From the IMG/VR virus record IMGVR_UViG_3300043399_000676: a DNA stretch of 64,000 nt; one strand, written 5' to 3'. Below the pieces are notes generated by a model. It was not told where the DNA came from. It saw nothing but the letters and a program-made list of their open reading frames with translations, and searched no databases. The position numbers were made by a program, and so were the translations under genes. Positions 1 to 10,116 of this stretch are shown here, piece after piece. The stretch comes from a virus. Taxonomy: Duplodnaviria; Heunggongvirae; Uroviricota; Caudoviricetes. How positions within the stretch are numbered: the stretch's first letter is position 1; every line of letters starts with the position of its first letter.

Positions 1-464
1 ATATTAAACATGCAATCGAATGGGAAAAAAGGGTACTTAGGAGAATGAAAGTTATTAAGAGAGCAGATTTTATTAACCGAAATATCCCCGGATCTTCCAT
101 GTTTGCTCATAGCGAAGAAACTAAAGAAAAGATGAGAAAACCCAAACCTGTTGGGTTTGGAGAAAAATTAAAAGGTAATAAACATGCTACTGTGACTAAA
201 GGTATACCTAAGACAAAAGAACATGCTGAAAATATCTCTAAAGGGAAGAAAGGTAAGGCTCCGTTTAAAGGAAAAGAACATCCAAGGTACGGCAAGAAAA
301 AATCCGAACAAGAGATACTAAAAATGTCGGCCTCGCTCAAAAAGAAAAAATGGATGAACAATGGTCTTAACTGTGCATTTGTTGATCCAGACGATATTGA
401 ATCCTACCTCGCCAGGGGATATAATATGGGAAGAGGTTCTCTAAAACTTAAAAAGGAAATATAA
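1..464 (+). CDS. GIY-YIG-type homing endonuclease with NUMOD3 repeats (5'-partial)
   Basis: Frame is open from the window start (IKHAIEWEKRVLRRMKVI, typical GIY-YIG helix); NUMOD3-like repeats HSEETKEKM, KTKEHAENIS, KSEQEILKMS. Confidence 0.7.
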   Translation, partial: IKHAIEWEKRVLRRMKVIKRADFINRNIPGSSMFAHSEETKEKMRKPKPVGFGEKLKGNKHATVTKGIPKTKEHAENISKGKKGKAPFKGKEHPRYGKKKSEQEILKMSASLKKKKWMNNGLNCAFVDPDDIESYLARGYNMGRGSLKLKKEI

Positions 465-465
465 A

Positions 466-1146
466 TTGTCATTTAATAAAAATAAAGTTGATCCCGAATT
501 GGGTCAAAAGGTACATGAGTATCTAGTTCAAAAGGGTGTAGAAACCCCAACTATTAAAACAAATTGGCTAGATCGCAAATCTAAGATTGAAGTCTTAGAG
601 CACCAATTTCGTCAAATCATGGAAACTCTTGGTCTAGACCTTAATGACGATTCACTAGCAGAAACTCCTAAACGAGTTGCAAAGATGTACGTCAATGAGA
701 TTTTCTACGGTCTAGACTATGATGCATTTCCTAAGTGTACTACTATCGAAAACAAGATGGCGTACAATGAGATGATCGTAGAACGAAACGTAAACGTTCA
801 AAGTAACTGTGAACATCACTTTGTCGTTATCGATGGTCTTGCTACAGTTGCGTATGTTCCTAAGAACAAAGTGCTTGGTCTAAGCAAGATCAACCGTATT
901 GTAGAATACTTTAGCAAACGTCCACAAGTTCAAGAACGACTTACTGAGCAAATCTTCCATGCTCTCAGTTTTATTCTTGAAACCGAAGATGTTGCAGTAA
1001 TGATCGATGCACAACATTATTGTGTTAAGAGCAGGGGTGTTGAAGATACTGGTAGCTCTACAGTAACCGTTAGACTGGGCGGAGGTTTTAAGACCGATCC
1101 TGCTGCTAGAAACGAGTTCCTTAGTATTGCGAGAATGAAAAAGTGA
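466..1146 (+). CDS. folE: GTP cyclohydrolase I
   Basis: ETPKRVAKMY, CEHH, GLSKINRIV, QVQERLT and HYCVKSRG motifs; TTG start after an AAGGA SD. Confidence 0.95.
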   Translation: MSFNKNKVDPELGQKVHEYLVQKGVETPTIKTNWLDRKSKIEVLEHQFRQIMETLGLDLNDDSLAETPKRVAKMYVNEIFYGLDYDAFPKCTTIENKMAYNEMIVERNVNVQSNCEHHFVVIDGLATVAYVPKNKVLGLSKINRIVEYFSKRPQVQERLTEQIFHALSFILETEDVAVMIDAQHYCVKSRGVEDTGSSTVTVRLGGGFKTDPAARNEFLSIARMKK

Positions 1147-1307
1147 CTCTATCTGAAAAAGAGATAGAGGAACTTTATAGAATATCAGCACTAGTTGAAA
1201 AAGAAATAGGTGACGTAGTTTTGACCTATGCTATTCGTTCTAGTGCTGATAAACTAGCAAAGATTCTTGAGGAGAAGAAGGATGCAACATCAACCAACCA
1301 CATATAA
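1143..1307 (+). CDS. small hypothetical protein (54 aa)
   Basis: GTG start overlaps the folE stop; fills the gap between folE and queD. Confidence 0.45.
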   Translation: MTLSEKEIEELYRISALVEKEIGDVVLTYAIRSSADKLAKILEEKKDATSTNHI

Positions 1308-1785
1308 ATTTACAAGCACAAAGGAATATCACGATGCATTTCCCTGTGCTTATCGCCAATGGAGAGCAGACAGTCATTGTAATTTGATCCATGGTTACAG
1401 TTTCAGCATGAAGTTTTACTTTGGAACTAACGATCTAGACGTTCGCAATTGGGCCGCCGATTATGGTGGACTGAAAGAACTAAAGAAAATACTTGAGGAT
1501 CAGTTCGATCACACATTGCTAGTGGCTGAAGATGATCCCGAGCTTGAGCTATTCAAGCATCTTCAGGTCAAGAAATTGGCTAAGCTAACCATCTTGCCTC
1601 GACTAGGCTGCGAAGGACTCGCTGATATGTTATACAAATTTGTCAACGGAGTTTACATTCCTCAATACTGGGGCCCGGGCGAAGCAGAGCGCCTTTGGTG
1701 CTACCGTGTAGAAGTTCGTGAAACTCAAAGCAACATGGCGTTCAGAGAAGGTCATCGAGAATGGAACGAAGACCTTTTTAATTAA
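1282..1785 (+). CDS. queD: 6-carboxytetrahydropterin synthase (PTPS/QueD family)
   Basis: HCNLIHGYSF, DYGGLK, FDHTLL and VEVRET motifs; lies between folE and queE. Confidence 0.9.
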   Translation: MQHQPTTYKFTSTKEYHDAFPCAYRQWRADSHCNLIHGYSFSMKFYFGTNDLDVRNWAADYGGLKELKKILEDQFDHTLLVAEDDPELELFKHLQVKKLAKLTILPRLGCEGLADMLYKFVNGVYIPQYWGPGEAERLWCYRVEVRETQSNMAFREGHREWNEDLFN

Positions 1786-2657
1786 TGGAAAAATCAATGG
1801 CAAAAATAAAAGTAGCTGAACTGTTTTATTCGATTCAAGGAGAAGGTCGTTTTATGGGCGTGCCATCCGTGTTCTTACGAACGTTTGGATGCAACTTCAA
1901 GTGTGCTGGATTTGGCATGCCTAAGGGAAAGAAGTCAACTGAGGCAGACAAGGTAGCAGAACGCATTCATGAATTCAAGTTCTACCATGAGCTACCGCTA
2001 GTATCTACTGGATGTGACAGCTATGCTAGCTGGCATCCTTCGTTTAAACATTTGTCAGATTCATATGACACCGATGACATCGCAGAGTCTATCATAGGAC
2101 TATTGCCCAATAAGGAATGGCAAGATGAGCATCTTGTTATTACAGGTGGTGAGCCACTACTAGGGTGGCAGAGAGCATATCCTGAACTACTAAAGCATCC
2201 TAAGATGCGTTCATTAAAAGAACTAACGTTCGAAACTAATGGCACTCAACGACTCACAACAGAGTTTAAAGAGTATTTAAAGTCTTGGAATCAAGAAAGA
2301 TTTCCGAATGGTAATGGAGGGGAGATTACATTTAGTGTTAGCCCTAAGCTAAGTTGTAGTGGCGAAACGAGGGAGGACGCAATTAAACCTGAGGTTGTTT
2401 TAGAATATGAAGAAATTGGATACACTTATCTCAAGTTTGTGGTCGCTACCGAAGACGATGCCAATGAGGCTCTTGAAGCTACCCTTCTTTATCGTAATGT
2501 CGGCTTTCGTGGGCCTGTATATCTTATGCCTGTGGGTGGCGTGGAAACTGTTTACTCATTAAATAATCGCCGAGTGGCGGAGCTTGCAATGAAGCATGGA
2601 TTACGTTATAGTGATAGACTTCAAGTGCCGCTTTTTAAGAATGAATGGGGTACTTGA
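1785..2657 (+). CDS. queE: 7-carboxy-7-deazaguanine synthase, radical SAM
   Basis: ELFYSIQGEG, FLRTFGCNFKC...CDS, ITGGEPLL and ETNGT motifs. Confidence 0.92.
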   Translation: MEKSMAKIKVAELFYSIQGEGRFMGVPSVFLRTFGCNFKCAGFGMPKGKKSTEADKVAERIHEFKFYHELPLVSTGCDSYASWHPSFKHLSDSYDTDDIAESIIGLLPNKEWQDEHLVITGGEPLLGWQRAYPELLKHPKMRSLKELTFETNGTQRLTTEFKEYLKSWNQERFPNGNGGEITFSVSPKLSCSGETREDAIKPEVVLEYEEIGYTYLKFVVATEDDANEALEATLLYRNVGFRGPVYLMPVGGVETVYSLNNRRVAELAMKHGLRYSDRLQVPLFKNEWGT

Positions 2658-2781
2658 TGGATTATAATTCTATACTCGACATGCTTAACATTTTTGCATT
2701 TGGGTTTGTTTCTGGCTTCATTTGGTGCCCCATTTGGGGCGCAATTAAACGTCGAATTAATAAGAAAGATGACACAAAACA

Positions 2782-4116
2782 ATGAGAACATACGATAAAC
2801 GAATTGGATTTTTAGTAAGTTACCAGACTCTTATTCCACACGGAGGCATCGGGCAATTTACAAAAAGTTTTATAGAATTGATGTCCTTACACAACGTTAA
2901 AGTGGACATCATTACTGATAAAGCTCCTGCAAATTCAGAGTTCATCTCCTACTTGAAGGAGCAAGGAGTGAACATTATCTATCCTAATCAGTCTTTGCCG
3001 TACTCTGATCACAGTGCTATCTTTATGTTTGGTGATAGTTTCTGTTATGAAAGAATGGTTAACTTTAGAAACTCCATTATTAAAGCACTATCTCATAACC
3101 TGTATGACATTTTCGTGTGCAATACTTACGAGACTGTTCAGGTCGCAGAGACATTAGGATTAGATGACTATATTCAAATTATTGCCTATACCCATTTAGA
3201 GAGTCAGATATTCAAAGACTCTAAGAATCCCTTCTTACCAAGGGTAAACGAAATGATGCGTAAACAACTTGAAATCAGTGGCATCTATATCGGAACTCAA
3301 AGTAAATTTAATGAATTGCAATTTGACGCAGCATACGAACTTCCGATTCCATTTACTGAACTTGGGTTGCTAGAAAAACATATTAAGCCTCGTGAGGGGG
3401 TACTCTTTATCGGTCGATGGGAAGAGGGAAAAGGTCCAGAAACATACCTAACTCTTATTGAACAAACTGGATTACCTGCCCGTGTGATGACTAACGCGAA
3501 CGGTGCAAAGAAATTCGAAGAACGGTTGAAGAAGATAAGTGCAGATTATAAGATTGCAACAGGCATTATCGGCAAAGAAAAGGTAGATTTTATTACTAGC
3601 TGTAGAGTTGCTTTCAATCCAAGTACAGTGGAGAGTTATGGTATTGCCTTTTATGAACAGATCACTCAATTACCTACATTTGTTTTGGCAAACCAAAGAT
3701 GGACTAAGAACTTTAATAGTGAATTCTTCTTTGAGACTGACAAGAAGGATATGGCTGAAGACATAAAAGGGGCATATGAAAGATTCCCTACAGCCGAATC
3801 CTGGTATGCTATGGGACATCTAGAGCATGTAAAAAAGAAAGAAGAAGGCGTCTTTCACAAATGGAATACTTGCTTCAACGAATTTAAATCTAGGCAGTCT
3901 AACGGAAACACAGCCAAAATTTGTTCTTTACATGAAGTAAGATATGATGAATACATCGAGTCATTGAATCGAAAACTAATATGTATTGATGATGTAAAGT
4001 CTGTATTGGGGAACAAACATAAGTTCAATGTCATCTATACTGATAACAACTCTTACCTAAGCAAAGACCCGTCTTTCACCCCGAAAGAAAATTTGATTGA
4101 CGATCTATTCGAATGA
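2782..4116 (+). CDS. GT-B glycosyltransferase (family 4-like)
   Basis: N-terminal PHGGIG, FIGRWEEGKG and PSTVESYGIAFYE (ExFG-x4-E-like) motifs. Confidence 0.8.
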   Translation: MRTYDKRIGFLVSYQTLIPHGGIGQFTKSFIELMSLHNVKVDIITDKAPANSEFISYLKEQGVNIIYPNQSLPYSDHSAIFMFGDSFCYERMVNFRNSIIKALSHNLYDIFVCNTYETVQVAETLGLDDYIQIIAYTHLESQIFKDSKNPFLPRVNEMMRKQLEISGIYIGTQSKFNELQFDAAYELPIPFTELGLLEKHIKPREGVLFIGRWEEGKGPETYLTLIEQTGLPARVMTNANGAKKFEERLKKISADYKIATGIIGKEKVDFITSCRVAFNPSTVESYGIAFYEQITQLPTFVLANQRWTKNFNSEFFFETDKKDMAEDIKGAYERFPTAESWYAMGHLEHVKKKEEGVFHKWNTCFNEFKSRQSNGNTAKICSLHEVRYDEYIESLNRKLICIDDVKSVLGNKHKFNVIYTDNNSYLSKDPSFTPKENLIDDLFE

Positions 4117-4940
4117 AAAGAGTATTAGTTACAGGTTGTTCAGGGTACATAGGGTCTCATCTATGTGATATGTTAATAAAACATGGCTATCATGTAGATG
4201 GGATGGACAGAAAGATGCCTAATGTTTCGGTAAGAACCTTCTATCTTAGTGATATCACAAGTAGATTAGATGTACAACATGAATACGATTGTGTTGTACA
4301 TCTAGCAGCATTGGTACGAGTAGGTGAAGCAGAGACTAGACCATTAGATTACTTCTTAACCAATGTCTCAGGAACTTCCAATGTTCTAGGAAGTATCCGA
4401 ACTAAAAACTTTGTTTTTGCATCGACTGGTGCTGCTGAAGGATCACCGGGTATTTACGGAAAAACTAAACAGATAGCAGAAGGGTTAGTACAGGACTTCA
4501 ACAAAAAAATCAAAGACGTTGACTTTACCATCTTTAGATTCTACAACGTAATAGGGAGTGATGGATATCCTCCTACTAACCCGGATGGTCTTTTCTACAA
4601 GCTACTAGAATCTAAAGATACTGGTAAGTTTACTATCTATGGCACTGACTATAATACCAAAGATGGCACTTGCATCCGAGATTATGTACATGTAAACGAG
4701 ATATGCTCATCCATTCTACAGGCTATCGAAAATCCTTCTAACAGTATTGAATGCTTAGGACATGGAAAAGGATATTCAGTAAAAGAAATCGCGGATATCT
4801 TTCAAGAAGTAAATAACTGTCACATACAGATAGATGTAGGTCCTAGGCGAGACGGAGATCAAGAGTCTAGTGTTCTGAACTTGGTTTCTCCCTACATGAA
4901 GAACCTGTATTCTATAGAAGAATTACTAAGGATAAAATAA
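4113..4940 (+). CDS. NAD-dependent epimerase/dehydratase (GalE-like)
   Basis: VTGCSGYIGSH, YGKTK (YxxxK), FRFYNV and DGTCIRDYVHV motifs. Confidence 0.9.
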   Translation: MKRVLVTGCSGYIGSHLCDMLIKHGYHVDGMDRKMPNVSVRTFYLSDITSRLDVQHEYDCVVHLAALVRVGEAETRPLDYFLTNVSGTSNVLGSIRTKNFVFASTGAAEGSPGIYGKTKQIAEGLVQDFNKKIKDVDFTIFRFYNVIGSDGYPPTNPDGLFYKLLESKDTGKFTIYGTDYNTKDGTCIRDYVHVNEICSSILQAIENPSNSIECLGHGKGYSVKEIADIFQEVNNCHIQIDVGPRRDGDQESSVLNLVSPYMKNLYSIEELLRIK

Positions 4941-5440
4941 TGTTCGATTCAATCAAGAAACTATTTAAGGTGCCTGAACCTGTCAAAGAAGAACCTAAAG
5001 TTGAGGTAAAGGAAGAAGTAAAAACTGAGCCTGAAGTAACTCCTGAAGAGCAAAAACCCAAAAAACCAAGAAAACCAAGAGCTAAAAAGAAAAAGCAAGA
5101 AACCAATGCACCCAAAACAGCAAAGGAACTTGCTACAGAAGCAGGAGAACCCTATATTGCCATTTTAAGCGTAGATGTAGATCCCGAAAATATCAACAAC
5201 GGTGCATTTGAGCTTGATTGGAACGATAAATTTGTACTGAACTTAGTTCGAGCCGGGTACAAATTAAAAGAAGATGACAAGGATAGTGACATCGTAGACA
5301 GATGGTTTCAAACAGTTTGTAGAAATATTGCTTTGGAATTCTACGAACAGGACCAAGCCGACCCTGTAAACCGCTCGATAAGTGAAATGATGATGATAAG
5401 AAGCAGAGATTTGGGAAATGGGCGAACAGAGGTAAGCTAA
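4940..5440 (+). CDS. hypothetical protein
   Basis: Coupled ORF, 166 aa, low-complexity E/K/P N-terminus. Confidence 0.75.
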   Translation: MFDSIKKLFKVPEPVKEEPKVEVKEEVKTEPEVTPEEQKPKKPRKPRAKKKKQETNAPKTAKELATEAGEPYIAILSVDVDPENINNGAFELDWNDKFVLNLVRAGYKLKEDDKDSDIVDRWFQTVCRNIALEFYEQDQADPVNRSISEMMMIRSRDLGNGRTEVS

Positions 5441-5444
5441 ACGG

Positions 5445-5473
5445 TTGACAAATACTAAGACGGAGTATATAAT
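5445..5473 (+). promoter_or_regulatory. sigma70-type early promoter
   Basis: TTGACA-17 nt-TATAAT. Confidence 0.8.
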
Positions 5474-5505
5474 TCATATATTCAATAACAGAACTGGAGC
5501 ATTAT

Positions 5506-6726
5506 ATGCCTGCTAAAGTCTCGTCTGTGTCTTTTCCTCTAGTCTATACTAAACCCAAAGCAGTAAAACAAATGCGTAAAATCGTGCATCGATTGATTCG
5601 CAAAAAAGGTGAGTACGCAGAGGCAAGTGTACAAGATCGCTTGAACCAATTGTTTGATCCTAGTAACGGAGCTTGGCACAAGCATGTTGCAGCTTTGATA
5701 AAAAAAGGTATCAAATACAACCGAAAACTTCGATTGCAGTTTGCTATGGTCAAGGTCAAAGATATTTACATTGACGATGACATTCAGCGTGATTTAGATG
5801 TTAAGCATATTGTAAAAATTGCTAACATGGAACGTTTTCGGGTTGAATTTATGTCAGCAATTCAAGGAACGAAAGAGGTTGGTAAATGGCGTTTTCATTC
5901 TACTAACGCCCAGCACACTCTAGTTCTTGAAGCTGCGCTAGCATTTAATAATCTTTGGGATGGTTATAGCGGAGATTGGCAGGAGCTAGAAGTTCCGTTT
6001 ACTTACATTGAAACCGATGATCGATCGTTTGCTCGGCGCCAATTTGACATTTATAACGGCAAGTATTCCAAGCCGATTGGGCCAGCAGATCATCATAAAA
6101 TGGAAGTGTTGTTTTATCGTGTGGATGGTAATCTAGATACTGAATACAAAGAGGCTGCTGAATTGCAATCTATTTGTGAGGAAAACGGATATGAGCCACT
6201 TTACGGCGACGAGGATGAAAACCGTGGTCACCCTAAATGTATCTCGCACGTTAGTGCTATGCGTAAGTATAAAGGAAAACCTCAGCATTGGGAATTTATC
6301 CTAAAAACTCATTCAAAGTATTGGCCTAATATTGAGCTTCATGGTATGGAAATTGACTTGTATGGTTTCATGTATGAATACTTCAAAGTGAAACAAAAAA
6401 CTAACGTGTATTCAAAGGCATTTGAAAAAGAATTTCTTGAGCCCGTACATGCAATTATACAATGTCTGTTTAGTTCCCCGGAACAACTAAGTAGCGAGAG
6501 TGCGAACACGTTTAAGCGTTGGTACGCGAAAACATGGGATATCAGTGTAGATGATGCGGACAACAAGGTTGAATCGCAGGCGTCATTCGTGCTATTGATG
6601 AAAATCTATCGTGATCTAGGCGGTACGCACAAACTCCCTGATATTGTTGATTTGTATGATAACATTAGGGCAGGAGATCTAACTAAGTATCTGTCTGCAT
6701 CTGTCAAAAAAGCGATGAAACCATGA
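5506..6726 (+). CDS. hypothetical protein with ParB/Srx-like N-terminal region
   Basis: IYIDDDIQRDLDVKHIVKI...TNAQHT resembles the ParB-like QR...DGQHT signature; GGAG SD. Confidence 0.5.
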   Translation: MPAKVSSVSFPLVYTKPKAVKQMRKIVHRLIRKKGEYAEASVQDRLNQLFDPSNGAWHKHVAALIKKGIKYNRKLRLQFAMVKVKDIYIDDDIQRDLDVKHIVKIANMERFRVEFMSAIQGTKEVGKWRFHSTNAQHTLVLEAALAFNNLWDGYSGDWQELEVPFTYIETDDRSFARRQFDIYNGKYSKPIGPADHHKMEVLFYRVDGNLDTEYKEAAELQSICEENGYEPLYGDEDENRGHPKCISHVSAMRKYKGKPQHWEFILKTHSKYWPNIELHGMEIDLYGFMYEYFKVKQKTNVYSKAFEKEFLEPVHAIIQCLFSSPEQLSSESANTFKRWYAKTWDISVDDADNKVESQASFVLLMKIYRDLGGTHKLPDIVDLYDNIRAGDLTKYLSASVKKAMKP

Positions 6727-7172
6727 GTGGATCTTTTCTGTATGTCATTGAAACTTCACATTTTATAAAATACGGTGACAAATTTGTTCAGCTTCTTGGG
6801 TTTGGTATTACGATTAATCCCAAGAAGAGGTCAAAACAATATAGCGATCATACAGGAGTAGAGCAAGAGTTTTGTAATTTATTCTATGGGCCTAGTCTTC
6901 AAATAAAATCACTTGAATCAATCATCAAGCAGCGTGTTGCACACCAAGCACACAAAATTTACGGGGAAGTAGTAGAATGGGTAAGTCCAAAAAGTAATAT
7001 GTCTATAGACAACATGGTAACTTTGATCAAAGACACCATTGATCAGGAAGGGTTTGACATTAGAGCATTTAAAGAAGACTACCTTCCGTTCAACAATCTA
7101 GAGCACCACAAGAAAATCACAGCCAGGGAACTTTCAGTTAACTCGGAGAAGTATCTAGAGCCGATGACTTGA
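6723..7172 (+). CDS. hypothetical protein, possibly GIY-YIG/T5orf172-like nuclease
   Basis: FLYVIE...FGITINPKKRSKQY...LESIIK pattern. Confidence 0.45.
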   Translation: MSGSFLYVIETSHFIKYGDKFVQLLGFGITINPKKRSKQYSDHTGVEQEFCNLFYGPSLQIKSLESIIKQRVAHQAHKIYGEVVEWVSPKSNMSIDNMVTLIKDTIDQEGFDIRAFKEDYLPFNNLEHHKKITARELSVNSEKYLEPMT

Positions 7173-7198
7173 CATGTAATACAAAATAGTGCTATACT
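7169..7198 (+). promoter_or_regulatory. sigma70-type promoter
   Basis: TTGACA-18 nt-TATACT upstream of the RNase H gene. Confidence 0.6.
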
Positions 7199-7235
7199 TT
7201 GCATTCCAACACTTACTATATACATACCCAAACAA

Positions 7236-8240
7236 ATGAAATACGCAATCATCGACACTGCAAATACCTTCTTCCGCGCCCGTCACATCGCATCCCGAAA
7301 CAGTGATGCTTGGGAAAAAGTGGGCATGGCACTTCACTTGACACTTGCATCAGTCAATCAGGTCGTCAGAAAATTCGGTGTTGATCACGTTGTCTTTGCT
7401 CTTGAGGGTCGTAGCTGGCGAAAAGAGTTTTACAAGCCTTATAAGGCTCACAGGAAGCTCGATGAATCTGCTATGACCCAGGCAGAAGTTGAAGAAAATA
7501 AATTGTTTTGGGATACCTATGAAGTATTCACCACTTATTTGAATGAAAAAACCAACGTGAGCGTACTGCGTGACCCCAACGCTGAAGCTGACGATATCAT
7601 TGCTAGGTTCATTCATCTGCACCCTGAGGATCATCACTACATTATCAGTTCGGATTCTGACTATGTTCAACTGATTTCCGATAACGTGCATCAATACAAC
7701 GGAATGTCTAATCAGTTGATTACTCCTGAGGGATATCATGATGAGAAGGGCAGACTTGTTCTCGACAAGAAAACAAAAGAACCAAAACTACTTGGTGATC
7801 CTCAGTTCGTTTTGTTTGAAAAATGTATGAGGGGTGACACTACTGATAATGTTTTCAGCGCATACCCTGGTGTTCGTACTAAAGGTAGCAAAAACAAAGT
7901 CGGACTAATCGAAGCATATGCTGATCGTCATAAACAGGGCTTTAACTGGAATAACATGATGCTCCAGCGCTGGACCGATCACACTGGTGAAGAACATCGT
8001 GTCAAAGATGACTATGAACGTAACCGTGTTCTCATCGATCTTACTGCTCAACCTGATCATGTTAAAGAAGCGGTTGATACTAGTATCAAGACTGGACTGA
8101 AACAGGCTAACGTTTCTCAAGTTGGTATTCACTTCATGAAGTTTTGTGCAAAGTATGAATTGACTAAAATTGGTGAACAAGCGGAGACTTATGCTAAGTG
8201 GCTCAACTCTCCCTACAAAGGTATCCTTAATGAAAATTAA
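7236..8240 (+). CDS. rnh: T4-like RNase H / 5'-3' flap exonuclease
   Basis: IIDTAN, SWRKEFYKPYKAHR, EADDIIA, SSDSDYVQL and GDTTDNV motifs. Confidence 0.88.
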   Translation: MKYAIIDTANTFFRARHIASRNSDAWEKVGMALHLTLASVNQVVRKFGVDHVVFALEGRSWRKEFYKPYKAHRKLDESAMTQAEVEENKLFWDTYEVFTTYLNEKTNVSVLRDPNAEADDIIARFIHLHPEDHHYIISSDSDYVQLISDNVHQYNGMSNQLITPEGYHDEKGRLVLDKKTKEPKLLGDPQFVLFEKCMRGDTTDNVFSAYPGVRTKGSKNKVGLIEAYADRHKQGFNWNNMMLQRWTDHTGEEHRVKDDYERNRVLIDLTAQPDHVKEAVDTSIKTGLKQANVSQVGIHFMKFCAKYELTKIGEQAETYAKWLNSPYKGILNEN

Positions 8241-8457
8241 AGTACATCAGACTAACGTCAAGACGTTGTTTCCTGGTGATCCAGGGTTTACTATTAACAC
8301 CGCCTTTACTTCTCACTCAAGAGCAGGGTTTGCAATCAAGCCTACATGCCCCAAAGAATATCAGAAAATAATTACGGAATGCATTGAACGTAAGTGGCTT
8401 ATTCCTGTCGCAGTCGTCCCTGATAAAGAACTTATTTGGCAACAACTAGGAGAATAA
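8230..8457 (+). CDS. hypothetical protein
   Basis: Coupled ORF starting MKIKVHQ. Confidence 0.6.
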   Translation: MKIKVHQTNVKTLFPGDPGFTINTAFTSHSRAGFAIKPTCPKEYQKIITECIERKWLIPVAVVPDKELIWQQLGE

Positions 8458-8458
8458 C

Positions 8459-8698
8459 GTGAACAAAGAAATCAAGATCGATGGTCTCACTATGAAGCAG
8501 GTTGTTCTTTTGAACAAGCTTTGGAACTTCCAAACTCTAGAAGAATTTGAAGACTGGTCAGAAACTCTTTCAGTATCTGAAGCAAAAGAAGCATCAATGC
8601 TTAAGGATCTGTTGATGTTTGAGATCATTGATTCTGAGCTTGCCGACGAAGCTGAGTTTCCGATTGGCAAAGAAATTTGCAAAAAATTCATGCTATGA
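8459..8698 (+). CDS. hypothetical protein
   Basis: AGGAG SD, tight packing. Confidence 0.65.
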   Translation: MNKEIKIDGLTMKQVVLLNKLWNFQTLEEFEDWSETLSVSEAKEASMLKDLLMFEIIDSELADEAEFPIGKEICKKFML

Positions 8699-9174
8699 AA
8701 AAAATCTATTACGAGAAGGTAGGTAGTCGATATATTCCAGTGGCCGAATACGATTCTACTCTGCTAGATGCTCTTCCAAAAGGTAGTCACTTAGTAAATG
8801 TAGTTCCAGGCGGGGTCAGTTATCGTTTCAAGGTTGATCCTGGGTATGCAGCCATGATTGCCGCAGGAATCGTTGCTGAGGATGCAATTGCCGCATCTTT
8901 AGTTAAAGCGACTGACATTAGATTGGGATATCAGGAACGATCAAAACCTATTACCCCGGCACAAAAGGCTGCATGGGAAAATCTAGTAAAAGAGTTTGGT
9001 GAGGGGGCAAGTCGTTTGGAATGGCCCAGCGCCCGCGAAGCTGCGGAAGAGGGAGTTAAAGCTATGATGGAAGAAGCTGAGAAACTTTTGAAAAACCCCG
9101 CAGTAAAGAAAGCATACGATCATTTCATCATGGTATGCGAATTAACTAAAAAAGACAATGGATCAGATAACTAA
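8695..9174 (+). CDS. hypothetical protein
   Basis: Coupled ORF starting MKKIYYEK. Confidence 0.7.
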   Translation: MKKIYYEKVGSRYIPVAEYDSTLLDALPKGSHLVNVVPGGVSYRFKVDPGYAAMIAAGIVAEDAIAASLVKATDIRLGYQERSKPITPAQKAAWENLVKEFGEGASRLEWPSAREAAEEGVKAMMEEAEKLLKNPAVKKAYDHFIMVCELTKKDNGSDN

Positions 9175-9457
9175 CACATTCAATAACATATATGCTTGGG
9201 CTAAGAACGACTACAAAGCATGGCCTCTTAGATTTTGCCTAGAGATCATTGCATGGTTTGGAAGTATAACTTGTAGTGTGATTATGGCACTCACAGTGCC
9301 TAATCCTCCTTTTCTGCTACTTTATCCTATGTTTATAGCTCAGTGTATGATTTTTGGTTGGGCTGCATGGACTAGAAAAAGTACAGGAATGGTGGCAAAC
9401 TATGGACTTCTAGTGACAATTGACATTATCGCACTCACTAGGCTTTTACTAACATAA
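9158..9457 (+). CDS. hypothetical membrane protein
   Basis: Three hydrophobic segments. Confidence 0.65.
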   Translation: MDQITNTFNNIYAWAKNDYKAWPLRFCLEIIAWFGSITCSVIMALTVPNPPFLLLYPMFIAQCMIFGWAAWTRKSTGMVANYGLLVTIDIIALTRLLLT

Positions 9458-9468
9458 AGGATTTCTGA

Positions 9469-9918
9469 ATGAGCTTGATTGCAAAACCTATTATAAAAAA
9501 TCAATTTTGGGTCATCACTGATGGCGACAAAAAGGTAGGAAACGTAGAATTCGACGGGTCTTCGTTCAATGTAAAGATAGGAAAACATGTTGATAGATAT
9601 GAAGACACGAAGGAAATTTCCAATATTAGGTTTGAAACAATATCGGTTAGATCGAAACCTTTAAATCCTGTTTTTGCTCACTTCCCCACGCCAGCTAAGA
9701 CATTCAACAATATTTTGGATGTCAGAAAAAAACTACACCTGTTCACTAAAACTGCAAAAAGTAAATGTTTTTATGCGGCAGGATGGTTCGCCATTAAACA
9801 AAACGAAATTACAGAAGTGGTATTTTGCCCGAAGTATATCTTTGTACAGCGTTATCCGTACTCAGGTCCATACAAGACTAAAGAAGAGGCTAATGTGGCG
9901 ATAAATAATCTATCATGA
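9469..9918 (+). CDS. hypothetical protein
   Basis: AAGGA SD, 149 aa. Confidence 0.7.
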   Translation: MSLIAKPIIKNQFWVITDGDKKVGNVEFDGSSFNVKIGKHVDRYEDTKEISNIRFETISVRSKPLNPVFAHFPTPAKTFNNILDVRKKLHLFTKTAKSKCFYAAGWFAIKQNEITEVVFCPKYIFVQRYPYSGPYKTKEEANVAINNLS

Positions 9919-10112
9919 TTAACATTAAACGATTCGTTGATAGAATAGCCAGTTTAGAAGGTAGACAAGCAAAAGATTTGATTTTGCCCTTATCAGAAGC
10001 AAAACTACTTCGTGATGAGATAACGAGGCTCTTAGTAGAAAATAAGGAACTTTCCAACACAACGAAAAAAGAGGAAGTGATTGAAGTAAAGCTAGTGGGT
10101 AATAAATGGTGA
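9915..10112 (+). CDS. hypothetical protein
   Basis: ATGA overlap with the previous gene. Confidence 0.65.
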   Translation: MINIKRFVDRIASLEGRQAKDLILPLSEAKLLRDEITRLLVENKELSNTTKKEEVIEVKLVGNKW

Positions 10113-10116
10113 TAGT

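Noticed and set aside
1-470. Group I intron splitting folE around the endonuclease
   Set aside because: folE appears complete from the TTG at 466 with its own SD; no intron core is visible after the endonuclease stop, and the upstream context is outside the window
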